Below, piece after piece: positions 36,036 through 45,202 of a stretch of 64,000 nucleotides of DNA. The notes under the pieces are model-generated. The model did no database searches. It was given only the letters and a program-made list of their open reading frames with translations, and had not been told where the DNA came from. The stretch comes from an uncultured Bacteroidia bacterium (lineage in GTDB: Bacteria > Bacteroidota > Bacteroidia > Bacteroidales > CAJPTX01): positions 30,486-94,485 of the forward strand of contig CALHSW010000073.1 in NCBI GenBank assembly GCA_938038735.1, written 5' to 3'. Each line of letters opens with the position of its first letter. Within the stretch, counting starts at the first letter, position 1. The position numbers and the translations under genes are program-made.

Positions 36036-37211
36036 ATGGTACTATTAGATGGCACATACATCCTTTTGCAGCAGTACTGGTGGTTTTTAATTTCGCTGCT
36101 GGGCGCGCTGCTTGTATTTCTTCTGTTCGTGCAGGGCGGGCAAACTTTCATCCCCTACCTACCCAAAAATGACACCGAGCGTTCCATGCTGGTGAACGTA
36201 CTGGGGCGTAAGTGGGAATTTACCTTCACCACCTTGGTAACCTTTGGCGGTGCGTTCTTCGCCTCATTCCCGCTCTTCTACTCCACCAGCTTCGGCGGTG
36301 CGTACTGGGTGTGGATCGCCATTCTTCTCTGCTTCGTCATTCAGGCCGTGTCGTACGAGTACCGGGCGAAGCCTAAGAACGTGCTGGGGCGAAAAACGTT
36401 TGATGTATTCCTAGTACTCAACGGTTTCCTAGGCACCATTCTCCTAGGAACGGCTGTGGGTACATTCTTCACGGGCTCTGACTTCACGGTGACGAAGATG
36501 AACCTCACCAACATCGATGAGGGGTTCACCACGATTTCGAGCTGGGGTTCTGCGTGGCACGGCCTAGAGGCGGTTCTCGACCCACGAAATGTTCTTCTAG
36601 GGCTCGCGGTGTGTTTCCTCGCACGGACGCTGGCGTTGCAGTACTTTGTCAATTCAATTGACCATGAGTCGCTTACAGACCGCTGCCGTAAAATGCTTCG
36701 TATCGATGCAGTAGCTTTCTTGGTGTTTTTCCTCAGCTTCCTTGTTTCCATCCTGCTGAGCAAGGGCTACGCCGTAAATCCAGAGACCGGGGAGGTATTC
36801 CTAGAACCCTACAAGTACTTCACGAACCTCATCCAAATGCCGATTGTGCTTGTCGTCTTCTTGCTGGGCGTGGTGGGTGTGCTTTGGGGCATTGCCAATA
36901 CGCTATTTACCAAGGGGCGCAAGGGAATTTGGTTCTCAGGCATAGGAACGGTACTCGCGGTGCTCGCCCTATTCCTCATTGCGGGATACAACAACACCGC
37001 CTACTACCCCTCGTCAACGGATCTACAGAGTTCGTTGACCATCTACAACAGCTCTTCTAGCCAGTTTACATTGAAGGTGATGAGCTACGTGTCGCTGCTA
37101 ATTCCGTTCGTGCTCGCCTACATATGGTACGCTTGGCGCAGCATTGACCTGCACAAGATGACGACCAATGAAATCGAAGAGCCTAAGAAGGGCGCAGGCG
37201 CACTTTACTAA
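36036..37211 (+). CDS. cydB: cytochrome bd ubiquinol oxidase subunit II
   Basis: 391-aa polytopic protein directly after cydA, with a CydB-like start (LQQYWWFLISLLGALLVFLLFVQGG). Confidence 0.9.
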   Translation: MVLLDGTYILLQQYWWFLISLLGALLVFLLFVQGGQTFIPYLPKNDTERSMLVNVLGRKWEFTFTTLVTFGGAFFASFPLFYSTSFGGAYWVWIAILLCFVIQAVSYEYRAKPKNVLGRKTFDVFLVLNGFLGTILLGTAVGTFFTGSDFTVTKMNLTNIDEGFTTISSWGSAWHGLEAVLDPRNVLLGLAVCFLARTLALQYFVNSIDHESLTDRCRKMLRIDAVAFLVFFLSFLVSILLSKGYAVNPETGEVFLEPYKYFTNLIQMPIVLVVFLLGVVGVLWGIANTLFTKGRKGIWFSGIGTVLAVLALFLIAGYNNTAYYPSSTDLQSSLTIYNSSSSQFTLKVMSYVSLLIPFVLAYIWYAWRSIDLHKMTTNEIEEPKKGAGALY

Positions 37212-37229
37212 ACGAAGGAGGATATAAAG

Positions 37230-37352
37230 ATGGCAATGCAAGTAATCACATTCCTACTGTGGCCCATAATGATAGCCTTGAGCTATTTCCTATGCGTGAC
37301 CGCAATAAAAAGGTTTGAAAAGGAGCACGGCACTGGGGTTGAAAAGGAGTAG
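37230..37352 (+). CDS. 40-aa single-TM ORF after cydB (candidate CydX-like accessory subunit)
   Basis: It is too short for the ORF track. The sequence is MAMQVITFLLWPIMIALSYFLCVTAIKRFEKEHGTGVEKE. The ATG lies 19 nt after the cydB stop, preceded by AGGAGGATATAAAG. The operon terminator follows 25 nt after its stop. Confidence 0.5.
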   Translation: MAMQVITFLLWPIMIALSYFLCVTAIKRFEKEHGTGVEKE

Positions 37353-37376
37353 TGCCGTAGACGAGTAGCATGTGTG

Positions 37377-37416
37377 AACCCCCAGGTTGTCAATTGACAG
37401 CTTGGGGGTTTATTTA
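37377..37416 (+). terminator. rho-independent terminator of the cyd operon
   Basis: AACCCCCAGG-TTGTCAATTGACA-GCTTGGGGGTT hairpin followed by TATTTAT. Confidence 0.8.
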
Positions 37417-37476
37417 TGTACTTGAATACGTCTCTTCACATATAGCACGATAAAGAACGGGTGACTATACTAAAAA

Positions 37477-38415
37477 ATGGATGACTTTTTAAATTCTTTT
37501 TGGCTCCCTATTTCCCTGCTGCTAGGCACTGCGCTCGATGCGCTCGTAGGTTCATCGAAACGCCACATGCACTGCGCGGCATGGCTTGGTAAGATGTTGC
37601 CCAATGCGGAAAAGTGGGGAAAAGAGGGGGAAAGCAGTACGGTGAGGGTAGTGGCATTGTCTACCCTCATAGCCTTAGCCACGCTGGGGGCAACGATGGT
37701 TCTCCTTCTCCTCGCGGGGCTTATTAGCGTGTGGGCGAAAATAGGTATCGCTACGCTTCTTATTTTCCTCTGCGTGGATGTCAGTGAAGCGCACGACATC
37801 TTCTACGCGCTGGACAAGAGTATAGAGGACGGTCGCAGGCGTGCCAAACGTATTATCCCAAACAAAACAGAAGAACTAACTGACCAAGAAATACGCACTG
37901 CCACCCTTGAAACGCTCCCACAAGCCCTGAACAATGGCGTGGCAGCCCCGCTCTTTTGGCTTTCCATGCTGGGCATGCCCGGATTGGTTCTATTCAAATT
38001 GGTAAACACCCTATCTTCAACAGAGAACGATGGGCATGCCACCCATTACGGATTCAACCGAATGGCCAATCGGTTAGACAACATTCTTGGCTTCCTGCCG
38101 GCACAAATTGTTGCGCTACTCATGCTTGTTACGTCCAAACAGTTGAATAGAATCACAATCGTATGGCAAAACGGACGTAAACAACTCCCCTCCAACGCGG
38201 GCTACCCCTCTGCTGCGCTATGGGAAATCCTTAATCATCAGGGCAACGCTACAGGGGCTAACAACGAGAACGACACCATGGAAACGCACCAAGAAAGCAG
38301 CAATCATCCCGTAGATATGAGAGACCTTACCATTGCCTCGCAAATCAATTTAAGATTAGAGCCTCTCTTCGTAGCGTTAGCTTTAATTATACTCTTAATC
38401 AAGTCGTTAGTATAA
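37477..38415 (+). CDS. CobD/CbiB-family membrane protein, divergent
   Basis: 312 aa, colinear with CbiB as I recall it. LDALVGSSKRHMHCAAWLGKML corresponds to LD.iiGDP..wPHPV.wIG. NNGVAAPLFWLSMLGMPGLVLFKLVNTLSS corresponds to DG..APLFf...GG...a.yKavNTLDS. NRLDNILGFLPAQIVALL corresponds to aR.DDvaNylPARl. Several normally conserved residues are replaced. Confidence 0.55.
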   Translation: MDDFLNSFWLPISLLLGTALDALVGSSKRHMHCAAWLGKMLPNAEKWGKEGESSTVRVVALSTLIALATLGATMVLLLLAGLISVWAKIGIATLLIFLCVDVSEAHDIFYALDKSIEDGRRRAKRIIPNKTEELTDQEIRTATLETLPQALNNGVAAPLFWLSMLGMPGLVLFKLVNTLSSTENDGHATHYGFNRMANRLDNILGFLPAQIVALLMLVTSKQLNRITIVWQNGRKQLPSNAGYPSAALWEILNHQGNATGANNENDTMETHQESSNHPVDMRDLTIASQINLRLEPLFVALALIILLIKSLV

Positions 38416-38546
38416 TACACAAGCATACTGTTGGAGATAGCTACCGAGTCAAAACCAAGAAACACTGGTAGCCATAAAGAGTAACCATGTATCTGACTGG
38501 CACTTGGTTTCATCAAGAAAACGATGCCCCTTTCAACAAGATGTTG

Positions 38547-38554
38547 TACCTTTG
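38547..38554 (+). promoter_or_regulatory. -7 promoter motif (TACCTTTG) for the M16 peptidase gene
   Basis: Exact motif 38 nt upstream of the ATG at 38592. It lies inside the 5' extension of the ORF-track model 38487-41513, which argues for the downstream start. Confidence 0.6.
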
Positions 38555-38591
38555 CGCAAGAATTTGTAACAGAACACAAAATCTAGTAGTA

Positions 38592-41513
38592 ATGAAGATT
38601 AAAAACGTAGCAACAATGCTTGCTGCCGGGCTGATGGCAATCGGATTGCTGTCATGCGGAGGGTCAACGACTAAGTATGAATCGGTCAAAGATGACCCCA
38701 TCAATACCCGTAAGTACTCGTTAGACAATGGACTAACGGTTTACATGTCGGTTAACCACGATGAGCCTAAGATTCAAGGGTCTATAGTCGTTCGCGTGGG
38801 AAGCAAGAATGACCCCGCCGAAACCACGGGGCTATCGCACTACCTCGAACACCTGATGTTCAAGGGTACGAAGCAATTCGGCACCTCGAACTACGACCTT
38901 GAAAAGCCGTACCTAGACTCAATAGTCCAGCTCTACGAGGTCTACCGTACCCAAACCGATTCCGCCACGCGCGCCAACACCTATAGGGAGATTGATCGCA
39001 TCTCGTACGAGGCGTCTACCTACGCCATCCCGAATGAGTACGATAAGCTCATGGCTACCATCGGCTCCACGGGCACCAACGCCTACACTTCAAACGATGC
39101 GACGGTCTACGTGGAGTACTTCCCTTCGAATCAGATAGAGAACTGGGCTCGCGTCCAAAGCGACCGCTTCCAAAACATGGTGATGCGGGGCTTCCACACG
39201 GAGCTTGAAGCGGTGTACGAAGAGAAGAACATGTCGCTCAATAGCGACAGGAGTGCCATGTTTGATTCGCTCATGGCTGCCACATTCGCCCCGCACCCTT
39301 ACGGTACGCAGACCACGCTGGGGACGCAGGAGCACCTCAAGAACCCTTCGCTCATCAATATCCAGAAGCACTACGACACGTGGTATCGCCCCAACAACAT
39401 GGCGATATGCCTTTCGGGCGATTTCAACCCAGAAGAGGCGATGAAAATCATCACAAAGTACTTCGGTGGGTTAAAAGCGAACCCGAATATACCCGCCCCT
39501 ATCGATGTGAAGATCCCAGAGAAAACATCGGTGAAGAAGGTGGAAATCGTCGGCCCGCAGCCTGCGGCTATAATGCTATCGTGGCTTATCCCTGGCATAG
39601 CGGACGAGCAGCACCTCGCGGGTGAAATCCTCAGCTACGTTCTCAACAACAGCAAGGTGGGGCTTCTCGACGTTAATCTGAACCAGCCGATGAAGGTGCA
39701 GTACTCCTTTGCAGCCACGTATGGTTTGGTTGACCACGATGCCTTCGTAATGGGTGGTGCTCCGCAGGCTGGGCAAACGCTTGAAGAGGTACAAGACCTC
39801 CTGCTTGATGAGCTGAAAAAGATACGCAACGGCGAATTCGATGAGTCAATGCTTGAGGCCATCATCACCAACGAACGCTACAGCATGATCCGTGGCTACG
39901 AATCGAATAGGAATCGTACGGAAGCCATGGGCGATGCCTTCATAGCCCGCATGCCGTGGGAAACGATAGCCCATCGCGAGCAGCTCATGAAAAAAATCAC
40001 CAAGGAGCAGATAGTAGACTTTGCGAAGAAGTTCCTCAACGACAACAACTACGCTGCAATCTACAAACGGCAGGGCGAAAAACCCTCAACGCAAGCGTTT
40101 GAGAAGCCTCTCATCAATCCTATCAAGATGAACAGAGACTCGGTGAGTGCTTTTGTTACCGAGATACAAGCCTCAAAGCCGACGCCTATTGAGCCTCTCT
40201 TCGTTGATTATGAGCACGACCTCACCAAGTACGACCTCCGCGACGGCGTACAGGTGCTACAAACGAAAAACTCACGCAATAGCCTTTTCTCAGTGAGCTA
40301 CATCTTCGATATGGGGTCAGAAAACTCAAAGACCATTGAAACGGCCCTTGATTACGCTTCATACCTTGGCGATGCCGATGGGTCGCTACAAGACTTCCAA
40401 GGAAAGCTCTTCGCCCTCGGGTGCGATTACAGCATGCACGCTGGTAGTGACCAAACGTACATCACCATACAGGGACTCAACGAGAACATCCGCGAAGCGC
40501 TAAAGCTCGTGGAGCGCCACCTCACAACGTTGAAGCCAGACCAGGGGGTGTACGAGACCTTTGTACCCACGCTGATCAAGGTGCGTGACGATGCAAAAAA
40601 GGACCCAAACTCCGTTTACGACATGGTACGTGAGTACGCCAGCTACGGGCCAAAGAATCCAGGCAACACACTGCTTGGCAACGAAGAGCTAAAGACGATG
40701 GATCCTGCAAAACTAGTTGAAGAGGTGGCATCTCTGTTCGCCATGCCCCACTACGTGTCGTACTACTCACCTGACGACAAAAACACAGCGAAACAGGTGC
40801 TAACAGAAACCCACAGTGCTCCAGCAACTGCGCTGCAGCTACCTGAAAAACTATACGACTTCAAACAGGTGGAGCCCGAAAGCACCACGGTCTATTTTGC
40901 TAGTTTCCCGGCTGCCCAATGTTTTATCGGGCAATTCGCAAACAATAGGAAAGGCTACGATTTGTCGATTGAACCTGCTAGAATGATGTTTAACGAATAC
41001 TTTGGGGGATCCATGAACTCCATTGTCTTCCAAGAAATTCGTGAATCTCGTTCGCTTGCCTACTCCTGCTACGCGGGGCATATGGGAGTGAACGACCTTA
41101 AAGAAAAATACAGCGTGATTAGCTCAATGAGTACGCAAATTGACAAACTTCCGGACGCTATCGATGCAATGAATGGGATTCTAACAACCTTCCCTAAATC
41201 AGATAAAGCATTTGATGTTGCAAAGGAGGCTGTCATGACTAAGATACGCACCATACGTGTCAACCCACGTAGCTATGCCTTTAGATATCTCGCGATAAAG
41301 AAGCTCGGACTGACTGAAGACCCCAACAAGTATATCTTCACAAACATCCCAGCCCTTACGCTGAACGACCTTGAGTCGCATTTCAACACCTACATCGCTG
41401 GGCAGACGTTCAACTACTCCCTCGTGGGTGACGAAACCAAGGTAGACCTTAAAGTGATGGAGAAGCTAGGGCCAGTGAAAAAGCTGACCCCTGAAGAGCT
41501 CTTCGGCTACTAG
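38592..41513 (+). CDS. M16 (pitrilysin/insulinase) family zinc peptidase, lipoprotein, double-length form
   Basis: The start is taken at Met36 of the track ORF. It has a lipoprotein signal (MKIKNVATMLAAGLMAIGLLSCGG) and the inverted zinc motif HYLEHLMFKGT (HxxEH). At ~970 aa it is long enough for two M16 active/inactive domain pairs. Confidence 0.85.
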   Translation: MKIKNVATMLAAGLMAIGLLSCGGSTTKYESVKDDPINTRKYSLDNGLTVYMSVNHDEPKIQGSIVVRVGSKNDPAETTGLSHYLEHLMFKGTKQFGTSNYDLEKPYLDSIVQLYEVYRTQTDSATRANTYREIDRISYEASTYAIPNEYDKLMATIGSTGTNAYTSNDATVYVEYFPSNQIENWARVQSDRFQNMVMRGFHTELEAVYEEKNMSLNSDRSAMFDSLMAATFAPHPYGTQTTLGTQEHLKNPSLINIQKHYDTWYRPNNMAICLSGDFNPEEAMKIITKYFGGLKANPNIPAPIDVKIPEKTSVKKVEIVGPQPAAIMLSWLIPGIADEQHLAGEILSYVLNNSKVGLLDVNLNQPMKVQYSFAATYGLVDHDAFVMGGAPQAGQTLEEVQDLLLDELKKIRNGEFDESMLEAIITNERYSMIRGYESNRNRTEAMGDAFIARMPWETIAHREQLMKKITKEQIVDFAKKFLNDNNYAAIYKRQGEKPSTQAFEKPLINPIKMNRDSVSAFVTEIQASKPTPIEPLFVDYEHDLTKYDLRDGVQVLQTKNSRNSLFSVSYIFDMGSENSKTIETALDYASYLGDADGSLQDFQGKLFALGCDYSMHAGSDQTYITIQGLNENIREALKLVERHLTTLKPDQGVYETFVPTLIKVRDDAKKDPNSVYDMVREYASYGPKNPGNTLLGNEELKTMDPAKLVEEVASLFAMPHYVSYYSPDDKNTAKQVLTETHSAPATALQLPEKLYDFKQVEPESTTVYFASFPAAQCFIGQFANNRKGYDLSIEPARMMFNEYFGGSMNSIVFQEIRESRSLAYSCYAGHMGVNDLKEKYSVISSMSTQIDKLPDAIDAMNGILTTFPKSDKAFDVAKEAVMTKIRTIRVNPRSYAFRYLAIKKLGLTEDPNKYIFTNIPALTLNDLESHFNTYIAGQTFNYSLVGDETKVDLKVMEKLGPVKKLTPEELFGY

Positions 41514-41536
41514 CAGATAGAGATAACGATAAAAAA

Positions 41537-41568
41537 ATGGGGCAGCCAATAGGCTGCCCCATTTTTTA
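41537..41568 (+). terminator. rho-independent (potentially bidirectional) terminator after the M16 peptidase gene
   Basis: ATGGGGCAGCC-AATA-GGCTGCCCCAT, flanked by AAAAAAA upstream and TTTTTT downstream. Confidence 0.85.
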
Positions 41569-41602
41569 TCCTGCACAGACCCCCTTTACACTAAAAAGTA
41601 AC

Positions 41603-41610
41603 TACCTTTG
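41603..41610 (+). promoter_or_regulatory. -7 promoter motif (TACCTTTG) for the amn-holA-rhomboid gene string
   Basis: Exact motif 35 nt upstream of the ATG at 41645. Confidence 0.6.
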
Positions 41611-41644
41611 CATAGCTGGACGTAGCTCATAACACATTAGCTCT

Positions 41645-42430
41645 ATGGCACAAGACGGAATGAAAACTAAAAAGGAAATTGTTGCTAACTGGCTGCCACG
41701 CTATACAGGACAACCCTTGGCAGACTTCGGTGAGTACATTCTACTCACCAACTTTAGCAACTACCTCGAAGCTTTCTGCGCAATGGAGGGTACAACTGTA
41801 GTAAACCCCAGCGCCAACATGCCGTGCGCCACCTCCAACAACATCACCGCCATCAACTTCGGCATGGGGAGCCCAAACGCCGCCACCATCATGGACCTCC
41901 TTACTGCGATCCAGCCCAAGGCAACCCTCTTCCTCGGCAAGTGCGGAGGCCTTAAACACGTGAACAAACTCGGAGACATCATTCTCCCCCTAGCCGCCAT
42001 ACGCTGCGAGGGAACGAGCGACCAGTACTTCCCCACCGAGGTCCCTGCGCTCCCCTCCTTCAATCTACAGCGCGCCGCAGCGGAAGAAATCGAAAAAGCC
42101 AACGTTGATTACTGGACGGGCACCGTGCTCACCACCAACCGGCGCGTGTGGGAGTTCGATAACGACTTCAAGGAGTACCTCGTGCGCATCCGCGCCATGG
42201 CCGTTGACATGGAAAGCGCAACGCTCTTTAGCGTGGGATTCTACAACAGCATCCCCTGCGGTGCGTTGCTTCTCGTCTCCGACCAACCCATGATCGCCGC
42301 TGGCATCAAAACCCACGAAAGCGACATGAAAGTCTCTGCACTCTACACAAAAAGCCACCTCAAAATCGGTATTGCCACACTTAAAAACATTGCTGCGTCA
42401 GGCGATTCCGTAAAACATTTGCGATTCTAG
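41645..42430 (+). CDS. AMP nucleosidase-like protein (short form, PNP/UDP phosphorylase fold)
   Basis: 261 aa. The N-terminus KKEIVANWLPRYTGQPLADFGEYILLTNFSNYLEAF matches the Bacteroidetes short AMP nucleosidase as I recall it. It also carries GKCGGL and VDMESATL motifs of the nucleoside phosphorylase superfamily. Confidence 0.65.
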   Translation: MAQDGMKTKKEIVANWLPRYTGQPLADFGEYILLTNFSNYLEAFCAMEGTTVVNPSANMPCATSNNITAINFGMGSPNAATIMDLLTAIQPKATLFLGKCGGLKHVNKLGDIILPLAAIRCEGTSDQYFPTEVPALPSFNLQRAAAEEIEKANVDYWTGTVLTTNRRVWEFDNDFKEYLVRIRAMAVDMESATLFSVGFYNSIPCGALLLVSDQPMIAAGIKTHESDMKVSALYTKSHLKIGIATLKNIAASGDSVKHLRF

Positions 42431-42432
42431 CC

Positions 42433-43470
42433 ATGGCCGCACCCAATAAATCTATCGCTGAGGTTCAAGCAATCAAAACCGCCATCGACGCAGGGGAAGC
42501 GAAACCAATATACATTCTGCACGGCAACGAACCCTACTTTTGCGACGACCTCTGCAACTACTTCATTGAGCATGCGCTGCCCCCCACGGCAAAGGATTTC
42601 AACCTATCCATACTCTACGGCCTCGACACGAACGACAGCGCCGTGGCGCAGCAATGTAAACAGGTGCCCATGGGCGCACAGAAGCGACTGGTCATCGTGC
42701 GGGAAGCGCAGATGCTTAAAAGTTTAAAAATCATCGCTGACTACGCCAACCGCCCCGCGCCGTCAACCATCCTAGTCCTCAACTTCCGCAGCGTGCTCAA
42801 GCAAACCACCAACGCCCACAAAGCGCTACTCAACGCCGTGAAAAAGAATGGTGTAATCTTTCAGTCAGAGGCCTTTAAGGAATACCAAGTTGACAGCTGG
42901 ATAAAGGAACGCGCCAAGAGCAAGGGCCTCGACTTCCAACCCATGGCCATTACAGTTCTCAAGGAGAACGTAGGCGTGGAGCTCGATCGGATTGAAAACG
43001 CCATCGAAACCCTACGCCTCTCCATGGGCGAGGGCGAACACAGGGTGACACAAGAGAAGGTGTTTGACACCATCGGGGTGAGCCGTGACTTCAACGTCTT
43101 CAACCTCACCAAGGCCATCGGTATGGGCGACAAGGCCCGCGCCATGCAAATCGCGCACTACATGGCCGCCAAGGCCAAAAGCAATAGCCTTCCCTCCATC
43201 CTTGACCGCATCGCGCACTACTTCTACCAAATTCTACAGTTCCATACGCTTGACAGTAAGCTTCCCCGCGATGAGGTAGCCAAAAGAATGGGCGTACATC
43301 CATACTTCCTACGAGAATTCCAAAACGCAGCCATGCGTTACCCCATAGCTAAGATCCCCCAAATCTTCACCTGGCTACGCTACATTGACATGATGAGCAA
43401 AGGATTCTACGGCGATACCCCCGACCAGGAGGAGATGCTTAAAGAGCTCATAATCAGAATAATGAAATAA
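42433..43470 (+). CDS. holA: DNA polymerase III subunit delta
   Basis: 345 aa. It has KPIYILHGNEPYF near the N-terminus and the typical length and helical C-terminal half. Confidence 0.8.
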   Translation: MAAPNKSIAEVQAIKTAIDAGEAKPIYILHGNEPYFCDDLCNYFIEHALPPTAKDFNLSILYGLDTNDSAVAQQCKQVPMGAQKRLVIVREAQMLKSLKIIADYANRPAPSTILVLNFRSVLKQTTNAHKALLNAVKKNGVIFQSEAFKEYQVDSWIKERAKSKGLDFQPMAITVLKENVGVELDRIENAIETLRLSMGEGEHRVTQEKVFDTIGVSRDFNVFNLTKAIGMGDKARAMQIAHYMAAKAKSNSLPSILDRIAHYFYQILQFHTLDSKLPRDEVAKRMGVHPYFLREFQNAAMRYPIAKIPQIFTWLRYIDMMSKGFYGDTPDQEEMLKELIIRIMK

Positions 43471-43482
43471 ATAAATCAACGC

Positions 43483-44094
43483 ATGACACTTGCCATTATC
43501 GTTGCCACCGCCCTCATATCCTACTACTGTTTTTCACGCCCCGACCTCGTGAACAAACTGGCCCTATGGCCCTACCGCATGGTCCGCTACAACGAATGGC
43601 AACGCCTTATCACCCACATGTTTGTCCACAGCGGATGGACTCACCTTCTGGTCAACATGTTCGTTTTCTACTCCTTCGCAGGGGCCCTACAGTACTACCT
43701 CGCCTACGCGCCGGGCGGACGATATTGGCAGACCATCATGCTCTACTTCGGCGGCGGCGTTGCCTCAGCCCTAGTAAGTACTGCCCGAAGAAAAGACGAT
43801 GCCTACTACCTTTCCATCGGTGCGTCGGCCGGCGTGTCGTCACTCATCTTCGCGAGCATTTGCTTCCAGCCTTGGGCCCCGATATACTTCTTTGGCGTAC
43901 TCCCCATTCCAGGCATCGCGCTCGGCGTTGCCTACCTCGTCTACTCCTACTACATGAGCAAGCAAGCGGGGCAAAACATTGACCATATGGCGCACTTCTA
44001 CGGCGCCATCTTCGGCCTCGTCTACCCCATGATCACCATGCGCGGCGCCTTCACCAATTTCATAAGTTCGCTTATCCATGGCCCGTGGCTATAG
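43483..44094 (+). CDS. rhomboid-family intramembrane serine protease
   Basis: 203 aa with 6 TM segments. Motifs are WQRLITHMFVHSGWTHLLVNM, the catalytic GASAGVSSLIF (GxSxG) and the downstream HFYGAIFGL (His). Confidence 0.85.
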   Translation: MTLAIIVATALISYYCFSRPDLVNKLALWPYRMVRYNEWQRLITHMFVHSGWTHLLVNMFVFYSFAGALQYYLAYAPGGRYWQTIMLYFGGGVASALVSTARRKDDAYYLSIGASAGVSSLIFASICFQPWAPIYFFGVLPIPGIALGVAYLVYSYYMSKQAGQNIDHMAHFYGAIFGLVYPMITMRGAFTNFISSLIHGPWL

Positions 44095-45031
44095 GCGACA
44101 CGACCTCCCGCTCTCAGCCAATTTAGCCCCCCAGGGCGGGAAACGCCGCCCTGGGCGTCCCTACCCCCCAGACCCCAAAATTTGGTTCGACGGTGTATTC
44201 ATCAAGGAGAACGACCTCCCGCGCAGCTTTCCAGCATGGCGCATGGCCACCCTGGGCGGGGTATACACGGAGTTCCACGCCCTGCGTACGCAACCCCGAT
44301 TCTTCGCAGATTACTACGCCTGGCTAACGGAGGCCGCCGCTATCGCCATGCTCCCCCCCTTGGCGAACGTAACGGAGCAAGCCGTATACGAGGCATGCGT
44401 GGGCATTCTCAACAAGAATATGCTCTTTAACGACGCGCTGCTGCGCCTCTCCATCTTCCCCACCCCTTCCCCCAACAGCTTCAGCGGCGAAACCATGGCA
44501 AGCTCCATACTCCTTGAGGCCTATAATATGGGGAGAATGGGCTTCGCTCCGAGAACGAGGGGGCTTCTCGTCAAGGTGCTAGAGGACTGCACTAAGGCAC
44601 TAAACCGTAGGTCCAACGTGCAATGGCTGGCCGACCCCGCCGAATGGATTAGCCAACGCATCCTAAAGGATAATCTTTGGGGCGACCACCTTCTGCTGAA
44701 CAGCGTAGGCAGGGTGACCAACGCCATCGGCGGTATGATCTACTGCCTCATTGGCAACGACATCATCACCCCCAGCCTCTCCGAGGGGGTACGCTTTGAC
44801 CCCATACGGCCCTACGTTGACGAAGCCTGCATCGCCGCCACTGGCAAAAGCCCCATCAAACGCCCCCTCACGCTCCAAGAACTCGAAACCGCCTCAGAAG
44901 CGTTCATCGCCTCCTCAGCCAATGGCATAGAAAGCGTTCTCGGCGTAAACGATAGCCGTTACCCCATCGCCCTCTCCAATACCATCTGCGACAAGCTCAA
45001 CCGAATTTACTTCCCAGAGCTCTTCCTATAG
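44078..45031 (+). CDS. class IV PLP-enzyme fold protein, aminodeoxychorismate lyase (PabC)-like
   Basis: 317 aa. WFDGVFIKEND is the usual w.nG start. TKALNRRSNV resembles the PabC lysine motif IKHLNRLEQV. Other matches are LLLNSVGRVTNAIGGMIYCLIGNDIITPSL and ASEAFIASSANGIESVLGVN. The only in-frame ATG overlaps the rhomboid gene by 17 nt and adds a basic ~35-aa leader, so the start is uncertain. Confidence 0.5.
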   Translation: MARGYRRHDLPLSANLAPQGGKRRPGRPYPPDPKIWFDGVFIKENDLPRSFPAWRMATLGGVYTEFHALRTQPRFFADYYAWLTEAAAIAMLPPLANVTEQAVYEACVGILNKNMLFNDALLRLSIFPTPSPNSFSGETMASSILLEAYNMGRMGFAPRTRGLLVKVLEDCTKALNRRSNVQWLADPAEWISQRILKDNLWGDHLLLNSVGRVTNAIGGMIYCLIGNDIITPSLSEGVRFDPIRPYVDEACIAATGKSPIKRPLTLQELETASEAFIASSANGIESVLGVNDSRYPIALSNTICDKLNRIYFPELFL

Positions 45032-45202
45032 CAAAGATCGCAGCGAAATGCTGTCTCCCTGAACTCCGATAGTTAACACCCACCGCGCTCCGCCCGCCCA
45101 CTATTCACCAGCTTCCGCCCCTGCCCTCCGCACTACGGCGAATAGCAAAGACTTCACGTCTAAAACCACCAAAAAAAATCTTCTGACCGCACCCCCCAAG
45201 GT

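Noticed and set aside
38487-38591. 5' extension of the M16 peptidase ORF (MYLTGTWFHQEND...).
   Set aside because: The TACCTTTG promoter motif lies inside this extension. A proper lipoprotein signal peptide begins at Met36 (38592).
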